DNA of 64,000 bases from a virus (IMGVR_UViG_3300033073_001248:1-64000); one strand, 5' to 3'; counted from the stretch's first letter, positions 22,161-32,475 are shown. The notes: a model not told the origin generated them from the sequence alone. Program-made: numbers and translations.

Positions 22161-24237
22161 TATTGTATTTTGCTCGGTTCCGCCCTTGGCCATAGATCGA
22201 GTTTATTCTGCCCCTGCACTGCTTAAGGGATTAGTGCAAAGCAAAGGATACAAATCAAAAACTTATGATTTTTCAATTGAACTTTATAAACAGTGCAACA
22301 AGGATCCTAAAGTTTACACTAACCTATTAGAATATTTTTGGTCAACTGCAAAAATTTTAAGTGATACTGAAAAAATAATTATTGAAAAATGGTATCAATC
22401 AGTTATCCACTTGTTGAAGAATTGCCCTACTAGATTTATAGGATTAAGTGTATTCAGTGGGTGGACTCAAAAAGCTATTTTGGAAATTTTATTGAAAGCA
22501 CACGAAGAAGGTTTTGCAAATAAAATTGTTTTGGGCGGTCACGGACTTACAACCACAGTACACTATACTGCTCAAAAATTACTGCCTAACAAAAATATAA
22601 ATGACAAAATCTATACTTTTGAACAAGCATTACGATCGAAACAACTCTGTGATCATATAATTATAGGCGATGGCGAGTCTGGAATATTAGATCTACTAAG
22701 AAATAATTCAGTAAAGAATACACAGTACACAGACGAGCAATTTGATTATTTTCTACCTAACTATGATGATTACGAACTAGATTGTTATACATGGGAAAAC
22801 GATGAAACAATAATTGATGTAATTGGCAGTAAAGGGTGTGTCAGAGATTGTGATATGTGCGACATAAGATCAAAATTTGGCAATTATAGATTTAAAGACG
22901 GAGAAAGAATAGCAGACGAATTAATTGAACTTAATAGTACATATGGATTTAGAAAATTTAGATTTGTAGACAGTTTGACCAATGGCAGTTTATTGCATTT
23001 TGAAAAGTTTATCAAAAGATTAGCCGAATATAATCAGCAAACAAATAAAAACATAGTATGGTCGGGCGAATACATTTGCAGAGACTTTACTAATAGTAAA
23101 AAAGACATTGATGCTTATTATAGTATGTTAGCCGCCAGCGGCGCCCAAGGACTTACCATAGGAGCAGAATCAGGCAGTAATGCAGTTCTATCAGCTATAA
23201 ACAAACAAACATCAGTCGAAGCTTTATTTTTTGAACTTGAGTATTTTAGAAAATACAATATTACCAGTGTTTTGTTATTATTTACAGGCCATTGGTCTGA
23301 AACTGAAACGGATTTTATTGACCATTGTCAATTGCTGGTTGATTTAGTGCCCTATAGTTTGTCGTCTACAGTGATAGGAGTAATGCTAGGCACCACTTTT
23401 GGATTAATACATGGTTCTCCTAGTTTCGGTAATTCAGTAATTGAACGGCACAATGATAAATTTGTAAGACTATGGTTTAATCCAAATAACCCGACTAACA
23501 CACTTAAAACACGACTTAAGAGAAGGATTATAGTAAACAAACTTGCAACTGCTTTAAATTTGCCTATAGTAAATGAATTTATGTATTTGAAACCTGAATT
23601 TGATTTTTTAAGCGACAACTTAAATGACATTAATGAATTTTTTATAAACAAAGGTGGACAGCAAAGCGATATAGATATAACAAATTTTGTCACAACTTTT
23701 TTAAACAATCTAAATAATATTCAGTTCGAAGTTGAAATCGAAGTCTCCACCGTTAACACAGATCCCAGTGTTCATATATCGATAAACAATGATGTACTAG
23801 TTAACACTGTACTCACAGACGGTGTTTATAGTTTTAGTAAAACTTTAAACGCTGAAAATTCTAATTTGGTAAAAATATCAATGGGCAATAAAAATATAAA
23901 TGATACTATTGTTGAAAATAATATAATTATTAAAGACAAGTCTGTTAAATTTGAAAAATTGTTGATTAATAATGTAGATATTTTAAATCCAACAATTTAT
24001 TACAATATAATATCAATGTTTGAGGGTGCTACAAGATTAAATGAATTATCTATGGGTCTATTTAAAAACGATCAAACTCTTGAAATTAAATTCCCTAAAA
24101 ATTTTACAGTTTGGATTAGTAAGAACTATAATTCAAATAAATCTTGGCAAAATATTACCAATAACGCACTGACAGACTCTAGTATACAAGAACTTGTTGC
24201 AAACCTAGAACTTCTTGTTGATCAAATTAAAATTTAA
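22153..24237 (+). CDS. B12-binding-domain type radical SAM protein with C-terminal beta domain
   Basis: GSKGCVRDCDMC, FVDS, GAESGS; IVLGG in the N-terminal domain. Confidence 0.82.
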   Translation: MYDIVFCSVPPLAIDRVYSAPALLKGLVQSKGYKSKTYDFSIELYKQCNKDPKVYTNLLEYFWSTAKILSDTEKIIIEKWYQSVIHLLKNCPTRFIGLSVFSGWTQKAILEILLKAHEEGFANKIVLGGHGLTTTVHYTAQKLLPNKNINDKIYTFEQALRSKQLCDHIIIGDGESGILDLLRNNSVKNTQYTDEQFDYFLPNYDDYELDCYTWENDETIIDVIGSKGCVRDCDMCDIRSKFGNYRFKDGERIADELIELNSTYGFRKFRFVDSLTNGSLLHFEKFIKRLAEYNQQTNKNIVWSGEYICRDFTNSKKDIDAYYSMLAASGAQGLTIGAESGSNAVLSAINKQTSVEALFFELEYFRKYNITSVLLLFTGHWSETETDFIDHCQLLVDLVPYSLSSTVIGVMLGTTFGLIHGSPSFGNSVIERHNDKFVRLWFNPNNPTNTLKTRLKRRIIVNKLATALNLPIVNEFMYLKPEFDFLSDNLNDINEFFINKGGQQSDIDITNFVTTFLNNLNNIQFEVEIEVSTVNTDPSVHISINNDVLVNTVLTDGVYSFSKTLNAENSNLVKISMGNKNINDTIVENNIIIKDKSVKFEKLLINNVDILNPTIYYNIISMFEGATRLNELSMGLFKNDQTLEIKFPKNFTVWISKNYNSNKSWQNITNNALTDSSIQELVANLELLVDQIKI

Positions 24238-24351
24238 TAAATAAATTTAGCAACGCCATTTTTAAAAAAATGACGCCGGGAAATATTGACGCTTAAGGTA
24301 GTGACCTTTTTACCAACATATCTATGCTTGGAACGCCAACCGTATAAAGAA

Positions 24352-24380
24352 TTGACAATTCTTTTAGCTCTTAGTAAAAT
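24352..24380 (+). promoter_or_regulatory. sigma70-type promoter
   Basis: TTGACA-N17-TAAAAT. Confidence 0.7.
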
Positions 24381-24403
24381 AGTAGACCAACAATATTAGT
24401 ACT

Positions 24404-25084
24404 ATGAGTAAACCTTTGATTTTCTTGGGATCAAATTCAAACATAAGTCTTTTTTCGGAAACTGCTGAAGAAATGGGAATTCCAGTTTTCGGAATAATTG
24501 ATGATCAGTATTACGGCAATACTCAATCAATTGCGGAAGTTCCTATAGTTGGATCTGAAAAAACATTCGACTTTGAAAATAATAAAAATCAATACCAATT
24601 TTTTGTAGCGTCTAGTGTTATTCCTAAATTCGAAGGTAGTAAAATTAGGCGTTTAGAATTTATCAACTTATGTAACAGACATCAATTACCTTTAGCAACA
24701 TTAAGAAATAAAATTAGTCAAGTAAGCAAGTCAGTGATTGTTCACCCCGGAACTTACATAGGTTTCTGTGCAGCAATCGGCCATGGCTGCGAATTAATGC
24801 CACATAGTCAAATACACACTCATGCTTTACTTGCTCATGACAGCATTTTAGGAATCAACAGTGTAATTGAAAGAACAGCGTTAGTATCAGGTAATTGCGT
24901 TATAAAAGAAAATGCACACATAGGGTTTGGATCAGCAATTAGTAAGCTAGGCGGCGCAGTAATAGGAAAGAATGCAGTAATACACCCTCGATTAACTGTA
25001 CTTAGAGATGTAGAAGACAATGAAATAGTTAGCCTAGCAGGTGATAACACAAGAAAAATTTATGGTAAGGTAGTAAGACAATGA
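24404..25084 (+). CDS. NeuD/PglD-like hexapeptide acyltransferase
   Basis: N-terminal Rossmann-like IFLG..GIIDD; left-handed beta-helix repeats (IGHGCE, IGKNAVI). Confidence 0.75.
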   Translation: MSKPLIFLGSNSNISLFSETAEEMGIPVFGIIDDQYYGNTQSIAEVPIVGSEKTFDFENNKNQYQFFVASSVIPKFEGSKIRRLEFINLCNRHQLPLATLRNKISQVSKSVIVHPGTYIGFCAAIGHGCELMPHSQIHTHALLAHDSILGINSVIERTALVSGNCVIKENAHIGFGSAISKLGGAVIGKNAVIHPRLTVLRDVEDNEIVSLAGDNTRKIYGKVVRQ

Positions 25085-25833
25085 AATTGCAAATTAATAA
25101 CCTTTTTATATTTCAATGTATAACACATTTAAGTATCATTCCTATGATAATGTATGCTAATTGGTATCATTGGGTAATAGCGTTTACAATTTATTTCCTA
25201 ACTGGCAGTATAGGTATGAGCGGCACTTTTCACAGGTTGCTCAGTCATAAAAGTTATCAAGCACCAAAATGGTGGGAATATTTAGGAACAGTATTGGCAT
25301 CTATTGGGGGAACAGGTAGCAGTATTGCGTGGTGTGCTGTACACAGAGAACATCATAGATTTACTGATACTGACCGTGATCCTCATAGTCCATATACCAA
25401 AGGATTTCTAAAGGTACAGTTTTTTAGTATGTTTCATCAACCTAATGTAAGATATGTTCCTGATTTACTTCGCAGTAATTTTCATATAAACATGCACAAA
25501 TTCTATTGGTTGGTTCATGTCGTTTATGCGGCATGCTGTTATTTGATGGATCCTTTTGCTGTGGTCTATGCTTGGTTAATACCTAGTTTATTTTTATGGC
25601 ATGCAGGCAGCAGTATCAATACTTTTAGTCACACACTGGGTTGGCAAGACTACGAAACTAAAGATACTAGCACTAACCATCCTGTATTAGGTTTGTTAAT
25701 GTGGGGCGAAGGTTGGCATAATAATCACCATGCTTTTCCTGCCGACTATAGATTTGGAAAAAAATGGTGGCAAATAGATGTTACAAGATACCTAATAGAA
25801 TTAGTAAGGATTAGACAGAATGAAAAATCGTAA
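25081..25833 (+). CDS. second membrane fatty-acid (delta-9-like) desaturase
   Basis: FHRLLSH, HREHH, GEGWHNNHH, WWQID. Confidence 0.92.
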   Translation: MKLQINNLFIFQCITHLSIIPMIMYANWYHWVIAFTIYFLTGSIGMSGTFHRLLSHKSYQAPKWWEYLGTVLASIGGTGSSIAWCAVHREHHRFTDTDRDPHSPYTKGFLKVQFFSMFHQPNVRYVPDLLRSNFHINMHKFYWLVHVVYAACCYLMDPFAVVYAWLIPSLFLWHAGSSINTFSHTLGWQDYETKDTSTNHPVLGLLMWGEGWHNNHHAFPADYRFGKKWWQIDVTRYLIELVRIRQNEKS

Positions 25834-26575
25834 GCAATTGCCCTGTTGGGGCTATTTAAAAGACTGGCAAATTGATATGCCTGCTTTGTTTGAGTATTTA
25901 AAAAATGTTAATTTGTTTAATTTTGACAGCTACAATGATATTAGGACTGATGCCAATGGGTCAATGAAGGACTTTGTTATTGCAAATGAATACTGCCATA
26001 CAAACTTCTTTAAAGAAGATGAAGCCAACATGGGCAACAGCGATAAGTTCAGGCATGTTATGTTAACAGAATTTGACAAGTCTAAAAGTCGTGGTGCCGT
26101 TGAATTCAAATACACTAACATTTATGAACGAACCAAACGATTGGATCCTACTAGTCCAAATTATTTGCCTGAAGCCGACGAATTAAATTATACAGTTAGA
26201 ACCAAATATGCTCAAGGGGAACTGGCAAAGATAATGGATATGTTTACCAGCAAAGTTACAAGAACAAGACTGGCTTATGTTGCAGGAAATCACGAACTAA
26301 AAGCTCATGTAGACTACGACCCAACTTATATCTGCAGATATCATATTCCTATTATTACAAATCCTAGTGTTAAGATGTACATGAAACGCAACGGACAAAC
26401 CCTAAGCTACCACATGCCTGCTGATGGCCGTGTATACTTTTTTAACACAGGTGTATTGCACTGGGTAGTTAATAAAAGCACTGAAGCAAGACTGCATCTC
26501 ATAATTGATGTACATGGACAAAGTGAATTAGACAATTTAGTCAGTTTAGACGAGCAAGCTGAAATACTTGTGTAA
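25820..26575 (+). CDS. aspartyl/asparaginyl beta-hydroxylase-like 2OG-Fe(II) oxygenase
   Basis: AHVD...RYHIPI..N...FFNTGVLHWVVN...RLHLIID. Confidence 0.75.
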   Translation: MKNRKQLPCWGYLKDWQIDMPALFEYLKNVNLFNFDSYNDIRTDANGSMKDFVIANEYCHTNFFKEDEANMGNSDKFRHVMLTEFDKSKSRGAVEFKYTNIYERTKRLDPTSPNYLPEADELNYTVRTKYAQGELAKIMDMFTSKVTRTRLAYVAGNHELKAHVDYDPTYICRYHIPIITNPSVKMYMKRNGQTLSYHMPADGRVYFFNTGVLHWVVNKSTEARLHLIIDVHGQSELDNLVSLDEQAEILV

Positions 26576-26599
26576 ATAATTTTAATTCAATCAACTATT

Positions 26600-27568
26600 A
26601 TGAGCCTCAAACAACAAATTCTTACCTACAGTCGCCAAGAAACCATGACACCATTAAGTACTTGGTTTGATTCCAAATTGGAACAACTTATTGATCAAGG
26701 TTTTTACTCAGATCTTAATACTTTAGAAGACACTGGTCAAAAGCTGGTACAAGGCTTAAAAGACTATGGCCAAAAATATAATATTACAAATGTAGCCATC
26801 GGCATGAGTGGTGGCGTAGACAGTGCCCTAACTGCGGCACTGTTCAAACAAGCAGGTTGGACAGTAACTGGTGTAACTATGCCCATACATCAAAATCCTG
26901 CCGAAACTGAACGCGGCATTGAAGCTTGCCAAGCATTAAAATTAAACCATGTGCATGTAGATTTAACCAAACCCTACGATGACTTGGTCAAAAGTATTAG
27001 TGCTTGGGACAGTCAAATCAACAATGCTGGCCATGTTATCCGTAGAGCCAATCTTAGAGTAAGACTGCGTATGATGACTGTGTACAATGTTGCCAGCAGT
27101 CTGCGTGGCTTGGTGGGCAGCACCGACAACTTCAGTGAGCTGGCTGCAGGCTTTTGGACACTGCATGGTGATGTAGGCGACCTTGCTCCAATCCAAAGTC
27201 TTAGTAAGAGTTGGGAAGTGCCCAAACTGGCTGAAGTTTATGGCGTGCCCGCCAGCACTGTGTTTGCTAAACCCACTGACGGCTTAGGTATCAGTGATGG
27301 GGACGAAGCACAGTTTGGTTTCAGTTACTTAGAATTTGATATTGTTTTGTTATTATTGTGTGCTAAATTAGACTTGCAGACAAGACAGCAAGCATTAGAA
27401 TATTTGCTGCCTGGCACAGCAGACATCGCCAAAGTTAATCGCATACTGGACCGCATTGCTGGCAGTACCTTTAAACGAACTAATCCATACAATCTACCGC
27501 ACCCACAGGACACAGATAGATATAATGGTTTACAAAATCTTGACACCGCGCTCTGGAAAAAAATATAA
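26600..27568 (+). CDS. nadE: NH3-dependent NAD+ synthetase
   Basis: GMSGGVDSA PP-loop, N.RVRLRM, GSTDNFSE, HGD..DLAPI, KPTDGL. Confidence 0.85.
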   Translation: MSLKQQILTYSRQETMTPLSTWFDSKLEQLIDQGFYSDLNTLEDTGQKLVQGLKDYGQKYNITNVAIGMSGGVDSALTAALFKQAGWTVTGVTMPIHQNPAETERGIEACQALKLNHVHVDLTKPYDDLVKSISAWDSQINNAGHVIRRANLRVRLRMMTVYNVASSLRGLVGSTDNFSELAAGFWTLHGDVGDLAPIQSLSKSWEVPKLAEVYGVPASTVFAKPTDGLGISDGDEAQFGFSYLEFDIVLLLLCAKLDLQTRQQALEYLLPGTADIAKVNRILDRIAGSTFKRTNPYNLPHPQDTDRYNGLQNLDTALWKKI

Positions 27569-27573
27569 TAGTA

Positions 27574-27581
27574 TATAAATA
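27574..27581 (+). promoter_or_regulatory. T4-type late promoter (TATAAATA)
   Basis: Exact TATAAATA; core TAAATA also precedes genes at 3903, 6727, 17434, 19396, 21303, 26573, 39452, 52350 and 60980. Confidence 0.6.
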
Positions 27582-27606
27582 CCATTATAAAACTCCAGGT
27601 AGCGAC

Positions 27607-28047
27607 ATGATTTACACAATTAAAGACACACTAGACCCATTTGCCAATTATCTCAAGGACGATCCTGTGCGTCCCCATATTCCTTATGAACAGAGATTTG
27701 GCAGTAATAGGGCAGTGCTGGCCCTTACTGACGACAACACAGTCAAGGCTGTTGTCTGTACCAGATTGTGTAGCACAATTCCCACTAGCGAAGAAGAACT
27801 ATTAACAGATAACAGCGCCAATCCCGATACCGCTGTGTTTTATACTATTTGGAGTTACGCACCTGGAGCTGGTCAGCAACTTATTAGAGAAGGCTTGGCT
27901 AAGTTTCGTCAGGAAAATCCCAACATCAAGCGATTTGTGACCTTGAGCCCACCTACAGAACTGGCAAAAAAGTTTCATTTACGAAATGGTGCTCGTATAT
28001 TCAGAGTTAACGATACCACTGTTAATTATGAATATATAAACATATAA
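27607..28047 (+). CDS. GNAT-like acetyltransferase-fold protein
   Basis: FYTIWSYAPGAGQQLI...VTLSP...FHLRNGA. Confidence 0.55.
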   Translation: MIYTIKDTLDPFANYLKDDPVRPHIPYEQRFGSNRAVLALTDDNTVKAVVCTRLCSTIPTSEEELLTDNSANPDTAVFYTIWSYAPGAGQQLIREGLAKFRQENPNIKRFVTLSPPTELAKKFHLRNGARIFRVNDTTVNYEYINI

Positions 28048-28058
28048 TCAATAAATTT

Positions 28059-28829
28059 ATGAAAATCAAAAACTATGTGATAGGCGCTCACCGCCGAATC
28101 AACAGCACCCAATGGGCATGGAAAGACACCAGCGCCGAAGGCGATATCTACAAAACTTACAGTGAAATGTACAGGCTCAGTCGCAGCAGTATGTACCATT
28201 TCCTTGAAGGCGAATGGGAAGAACTTGTATGGACGGAAGATATTGATAACATTGGTCAAGCAATGAAGTTAAATTGGACCAATGTCTACAATCTTTGGCA
28301 CAGTGAACCCTGCAATATATTAGCAGTTGGGCCTGATGTGCAAATAGTTAAACCCTTAAAAATGTTTGGTGAGTTTGACGAATTTAGAATGTTTAATTGG
28401 ACAGACCCAAAGTTCTATCATGATGCTAATCCATGGGGCATTGATTTACCCAATTACTTTAACGGTGACTTCAAATACTATCCGCACACCATGAGCAAAG
28501 ATGTGTGGGCCATGGGTATGAATATGGCCAAAGATTGGGCAGGCAACGACACTACTCCTGAAACTTGGGGCAACGAACAGCTAATTGAAAATGCTATGTT
28601 TTGGAGTCAAGGTATCCGATTTGAAGATGCACACAGGCCAGATTTGTTTTATCAAGCTCACGGCCTGCCCTGGGTAGATATTGAACAAATGGATCAGTGG
28701 AACAACTACAGCTATCAAGATGCCAAAGTTATTCATTGGCACAGCAGTAGACACAGTCCTACCAAATTAAATTGTATGCAACAGGTAAACGACATGCTTG
28801 AAATTCCTGTGCATTCGTGTAAAATATAA
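28059..28829 (+). CDS. hypothetical protein, possibly glycosyltransferase-like
   Basis: YFNG..YYP, NEQLI, IHWHSSR resemble GT-A features; first gene of the sugar cluster. Confidence 0.45.
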   Translation: MKIKNYVIGAHRRINSTQWAWKDTSAEGDIYKTYSEMYRLSRSSMYHFLEGEWEELVWTEDIDNIGQAMKLNWTNVYNLWHSEPCNILAVGPDVQIVKPLKMFGEFDEFRMFNWTDPKFYHDANPWGIDLPNYFNGDFKYYPHTMSKDVWAMGMNMAKDWAGNDTTPETWGNEQLIENAMFWSQGIRFEDAHRPDLFYQAHGLPWVDIEQMDQWNNYSYQDAKVIHWHSSRHSPTKLNCMQQVNDMLEIPVHSCKI

Positions 28830-28845
28830 CATTCAAGGATACACT

Positions 28846-29955
28846 ATGACCCAAATTAGTCAAAGGGATAAAGAACTATTTGAAAATTTATTTGTTCTAG
28901 AAGTAGCAAACAACCACTTAGGCGATGTTGATCGCGGCCTTAAAATCATTAGAGATCACGGCACAGTAGCAAGATATAACAATGTCAAGTTTGCTCTAAA
29001 ACTACAGTTTAGGGACAGCGCAGAATTTATTCATCCTGAGTTTCAAGGTAATACTGAAAATAGATATATTAAAAAAACTGAAGCTACTTATCTTACCAAA
29101 GAGCAGTACGCAAGACTGATTAAAGAAGTTAAAGCAGTAAATGGCATTCCAATGAGCACACCTTTTGACGAAAAGAGTGTAGACTTATGCGTTGAATTTG
29201 ACATGCCCATTATTAAGATTGCCAGCAGCGATATGAATGACTGGCCTTTGATTAATAAAATTGCTGATACTAAACGAGCTGTTATTGTCAGTACAGGCGG
29301 AGCCAGTGAAAAAGATCTAGATGATCTTGTTGTTTACTTTGAACGAAGAAACATTCCCTTGGCCATTAATCATTGTGTTAGTTTGTACCCCAGTGAAGAT
29401 GATGAACTGCATTTGGATCAAATTGATTACCTTCGTGATCGTTATCCTGGCCATGTTATTGGTCTCAGCACACATGAATATCACGATTGGTCCAGCAGTA
29501 TGCTGATCAGCTATGGCAAAGGCGCAAGAACTTGGGAACGACATGTAGACATTAATTATGGCGGTGTTGCTGTCAGTGCTTATAACAGTTTACCAGAACA
29601 GTGTGACACTTGGTACAAGGCTTTTCACAAAGCACAGGAAATGTGTGGTGGTTACAGCAACAGTCGCAGAGTTATTAGCCGTCGTGAAACGGAATATCTA
29701 GATGCACTGGTGCGTGGTGCTTATGCTCGCAGAGATTTAGAGCCAGGTTATGTATTGACCAAAGAAAGTTTTGCCCGAGACTTTTATCTCAGTATTCCTT
29801 TGCGTAAAGGTCAATTAAGCTGTAGAGAAGTGCTGGATGGCGAAAAACTAATTCAAGGTATCAAAGCAGACCAAGCATTGACCATTGACCATATCGACGG
29901 TCCTTACAACGAAAATCCTGCACTTAAAAATCTTATTCTTAACAGAGGTCTATAA
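28846..29955 (+). CDS. NeuB/SpsE-family PEP-dependent sugar-acid synthase with SAF domain
   Basis: EVANNHLGD, KLQ, STPFD, KIASSD, STGG, HCVSLYP, GLSTHE, ERH. Confidence 0.88.
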   Translation: MTQISQRDKELFENLFVLEVANNHLGDVDRGLKIIRDHGTVARYNNVKFALKLQFRDSAEFIHPEFQGNTENRYIKKTEATYLTKEQYARLIKEVKAVNGIPMSTPFDEKSVDLCVEFDMPIIKIASSDMNDWPLINKIADTKRAVIVSTGGASEKDLDDLVVYFERRNIPLAINHCVSLYPSEDDELHLDQIDYLRDRYPGHVIGLSTHEYHDWSSSMLISYGKGARTWERHVDINYGGVAVSAYNSLPEQCDTWYKAFHKAQEMCGGYSNSRRVISRRETEYLDALVRGAYARRDLEPGYVLTKESFARDFYLSIPLRKGQLSCREVLDGEKLIQGIKADQALTIDHIDGPYNENPALKNLILNRGL

Positions 29956-31808
29956 TGGCTAGAATGCGTGTAGCCGATTACATTGCTGAAAGATGTGTGG
30001 CAGCAGGTGCTGAACATGTATTTTTAGTTACTGGCGGTGGAGCCATGCATCTTAATGATGCTTTTGGTCGCAATAAAAAGCTAACCCCAGTATGTTTTCA
30101 TCATGAGCAAGCAGCTGCCATGGCTGCTGAAAGTTACTATAGGACCACCAACAAATTGGCAGTACTTAATGTAACTACTGGTCCTGGAGGTATTAATGCA
30201 TTGAATGGTGTTTACGGTGCGTATGTAGACAGCATTGGCATGATTGTGGTGTCGGGGCAAGTTAAAAACGAAACGCACTATAAGAATTATGATTTGCCCA
30301 TGCGCCAGCTTGGGGATCAAGAAGTAGACATTGTCAGCATGGCTCGGCCTGTTGTAAAATACGCTACTACACTGCGAGATCCTCAAATGGTTGCTGAAGT
30401 AATGGACAAAGCACTGTTTCTTGCTACACACGGAAGGCCGGGACCTGTTTGGGTCGATGTACCTGTCGATATCAGCAGCACTATGATTGAAACTGATGAC
30501 TTACAGCCGTGGAAAGGTTCTATCAAAAAGTTAGCCGCTGACAAAGATGTTACAGCTAACACTAAACTTGAACTTCAAACACTGGTGCAGGCTAAAAGTT
30601 ATAGAGAAATTTCACACATATTGGAAAAACTTAAGAAAGCCAAAAGACCTGTGTTGTTTGCCGGCGCTGGCGTTAGACTGAGTGGCCGGCATGATGAATT
30701 TTTGAAATTAGTCGGTCGTCTTAATATTCCCACTGTAACTGGTTGGAACGCACATGACGCACTGCCCAATGACAATGCTTGTTATGCAGGCCGTCCTGGC
30801 ACAGTAGGAGATCGCGCTGGTAACTTTACAGTGCAGAATGCAGACCTATTAATTGTACTGGGAAGTAGACTAAACATTAGACAAGTTAGCTATAACTATA
30901 AAAACTTTGCTAGTCGTGCTTACAAAATTCATGTTGACATAGATCGTGCAGAATTATTTAAACCCAGTTTGTTTACTGATTATAAAGTACAGGCTGACTT
31001 GGCGGAATTTATACCTGAATTCTTAGCCGCACTGAGCAAATATAAACCTAAGAAATCACACTTAGAATATCTTGATTGGTGCCAACAGCGAGTAGCAAAG
31101 TATCCAGTGGTTGTACCTGAATACAAGCATGGCGAAGAACATGTAAACCCTTACTTGTTTGTAAGAGACATGTATCAACAGTTAAATGACAAAGATATCA
31201 TGGTTACTGGCAATGGCAGTGCCTGCGTTATCAGTTTTCAAACTGCTGACATCAAACAGGGTCAAAGACTGTTTACCAATTCAGGTGATGCCAGTATGGG
31301 TTACGATTTACCCGCCGCAATTGGTGCTTGTTTAGCAAACAATAAACAACGAGTAATTTGTCTAGCAGGTGACGGCAGTCTTATGATGAACATACAAGAA
31401 CTGCAAACTCTTGTTGGTTATAAACTGCCTGTTAAAGTTATTATTTTGAATAACTATGGTTACCTAAGTATTAAACAGACACAGCACAACTATTTCAGCG
31501 ACAATGTTTTTGGTACCAGCCCAGACGATGGCGTTACTATGCCTGACTTTACAGAAGTTGCTAAAGGCTTTAAAATACCTGCACTGAAAGTAAAAACATG
31601 GGCAGACTGGCAATCAAAAGCAGTGCAGTTGGCTATGAAATATGATGGCCCTGCTGTTATTGAAGTAATGTGTGATCCCAATCAAGTATTTGCACCTAAG
31701 TTGGCAGCAAAGAAATTAGCCGACGGTACAATGTTGGCGCCTAGTTTAGAAATGATGAGTCCTTTTCTTTCTGACGAAGAAATGGCAGAAAACACGATCA
31801 AAGATTAA
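29955..31808 (+). CDS. ThDP-dependent enzyme (acetolactate-synthase-like; YerE-type in this context)
   Basis: HHEQAAAMAAE, TTGPG, GRPGPV, MGYDLPAAIG, GDGSLMMN...NN ThDP motif. Confidence 0.88.
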   Translation: MARMRVADYIAERCVAAGAEHVFLVTGGGAMHLNDAFGRNKKLTPVCFHHEQAAAMAAESYYRTTNKLAVLNVTTGPGGINALNGVYGAYVDSIGMIVVSGQVKNETHYKNYDLPMRQLGDQEVDIVSMARPVVKYATTLRDPQMVAEVMDKALFLATHGRPGPVWVDVPVDISSTMIETDDLQPWKGSIKKLAADKDVTANTKLELQTLVQAKSYREISHILEKLKKAKRPVLFAGAGVRLSGRHDEFLKLVGRLNIPTVTGWNAHDALPNDNACYAGRPGTVGDRAGNFTVQNADLLIVLGSRLNIRQVSYNYKNFASRAYKIHVDIDRAELFKPSLFTDYKVQADLAEFIPEFLAALSKYKPKKSHLEYLDWCQQRVAKYPVVVPEYKHGEEHVNPYLFVRDMYQQLNDKDIMVTGNGSACVISFQTADIKQGQRLFTNSGDASMGYDLPAAIGACLANNKQRVICLAGDGSLMMNIQELQTLVGYKLPVKVIILNNYGYLSIKQTQHNYFSDNVFGTSPDDGVTMPDFTEVAKGFKIPALKVKTWADWQSKAVQLAMKYDGPAVIEVMCDPNQVFAPKLAAKKLADGTMLAPSLEMMSPFLSDEEMAENTIKD

Positions 31809-31809
31809 T

Positions 31810-32475
31810 ATGAAACGAGTTTTAGTATTAGGCGGCACTGGAGACATTGGCCAAGCTATTGTGCAGGCCTTTGACAGGGACACAGTCGTTGCAGCAGGTC
31901 ATGAGATATGTGACCTCAGCAGTGCTGGCCATGTTGAGTCGTTTATCAAAGCAAATGCGCCTTTTGACACCATTGTACACTGCGCTGGTTTTAATAATCC
32001 TAAAACATTTGATTCGTTAACCACCGAAGAAATTGAAAAGAACTTACAGATTAATCTACTGGGATTTTTGCCTATTATTCAAAACAACATTGACTACTGG
32101 AAAAAATCCGGGAATGGTAAACTAGTAATAATCAGCAGTTTATACGGACAGTTTGGTCGACGAGGTCGTTTGCCTTACAGTGTCAGCAAACATGGTCTAA
32201 TTGGCGTAACCAAGACCTTGGCTATCGAACTAGCGCATATAGGAGTTATGGTCAATGCTGTAAGTCCTGGCTATATTGCTACTAAGATGACTACAAAAAA
32301 TAACACAGCTGCTACTATTGAAAGACTAGTACAGGGCATACCCGCAGGCAGGCTAGGTCGTCCCGAGGAAATTGCAAGCTTAGTCAAATTTTTAGCCAGC
32401 GACCAAAACACTTACATAACAGGACAAGACATTGCAGTAGATGGTGGGTATACTGCTGGAGGTTTTCAACAATAA
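31810..32475 (+). CDS. short-chain dehydrogenase/reductase (YerF-like in this context)
   Basis: GGTGDIG, HCAG, YSVSK, NAVSPG, TGQDIAVDGG. Confidence 0.9.
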   Translation: MKRVLVLGGTGDIGQAIVQAFDRDTVVAAGHEICDLSSAGHVESFIKANAPFDTIVHCAGFNNPKTFDSLTTEEIEKNLQINLLGFLPIIQNNIDYWKKSGNGKLVIISSLYGQFGRRGRLPYSVSKHGLIGVTKTLAIELAHIGVMVNAVSPGYIATKMTTKNNTAATIERLVQGIPAGRLGRPEEIASLVKFLASDQNTYITGQDIAVDGGYTAGGFQQ

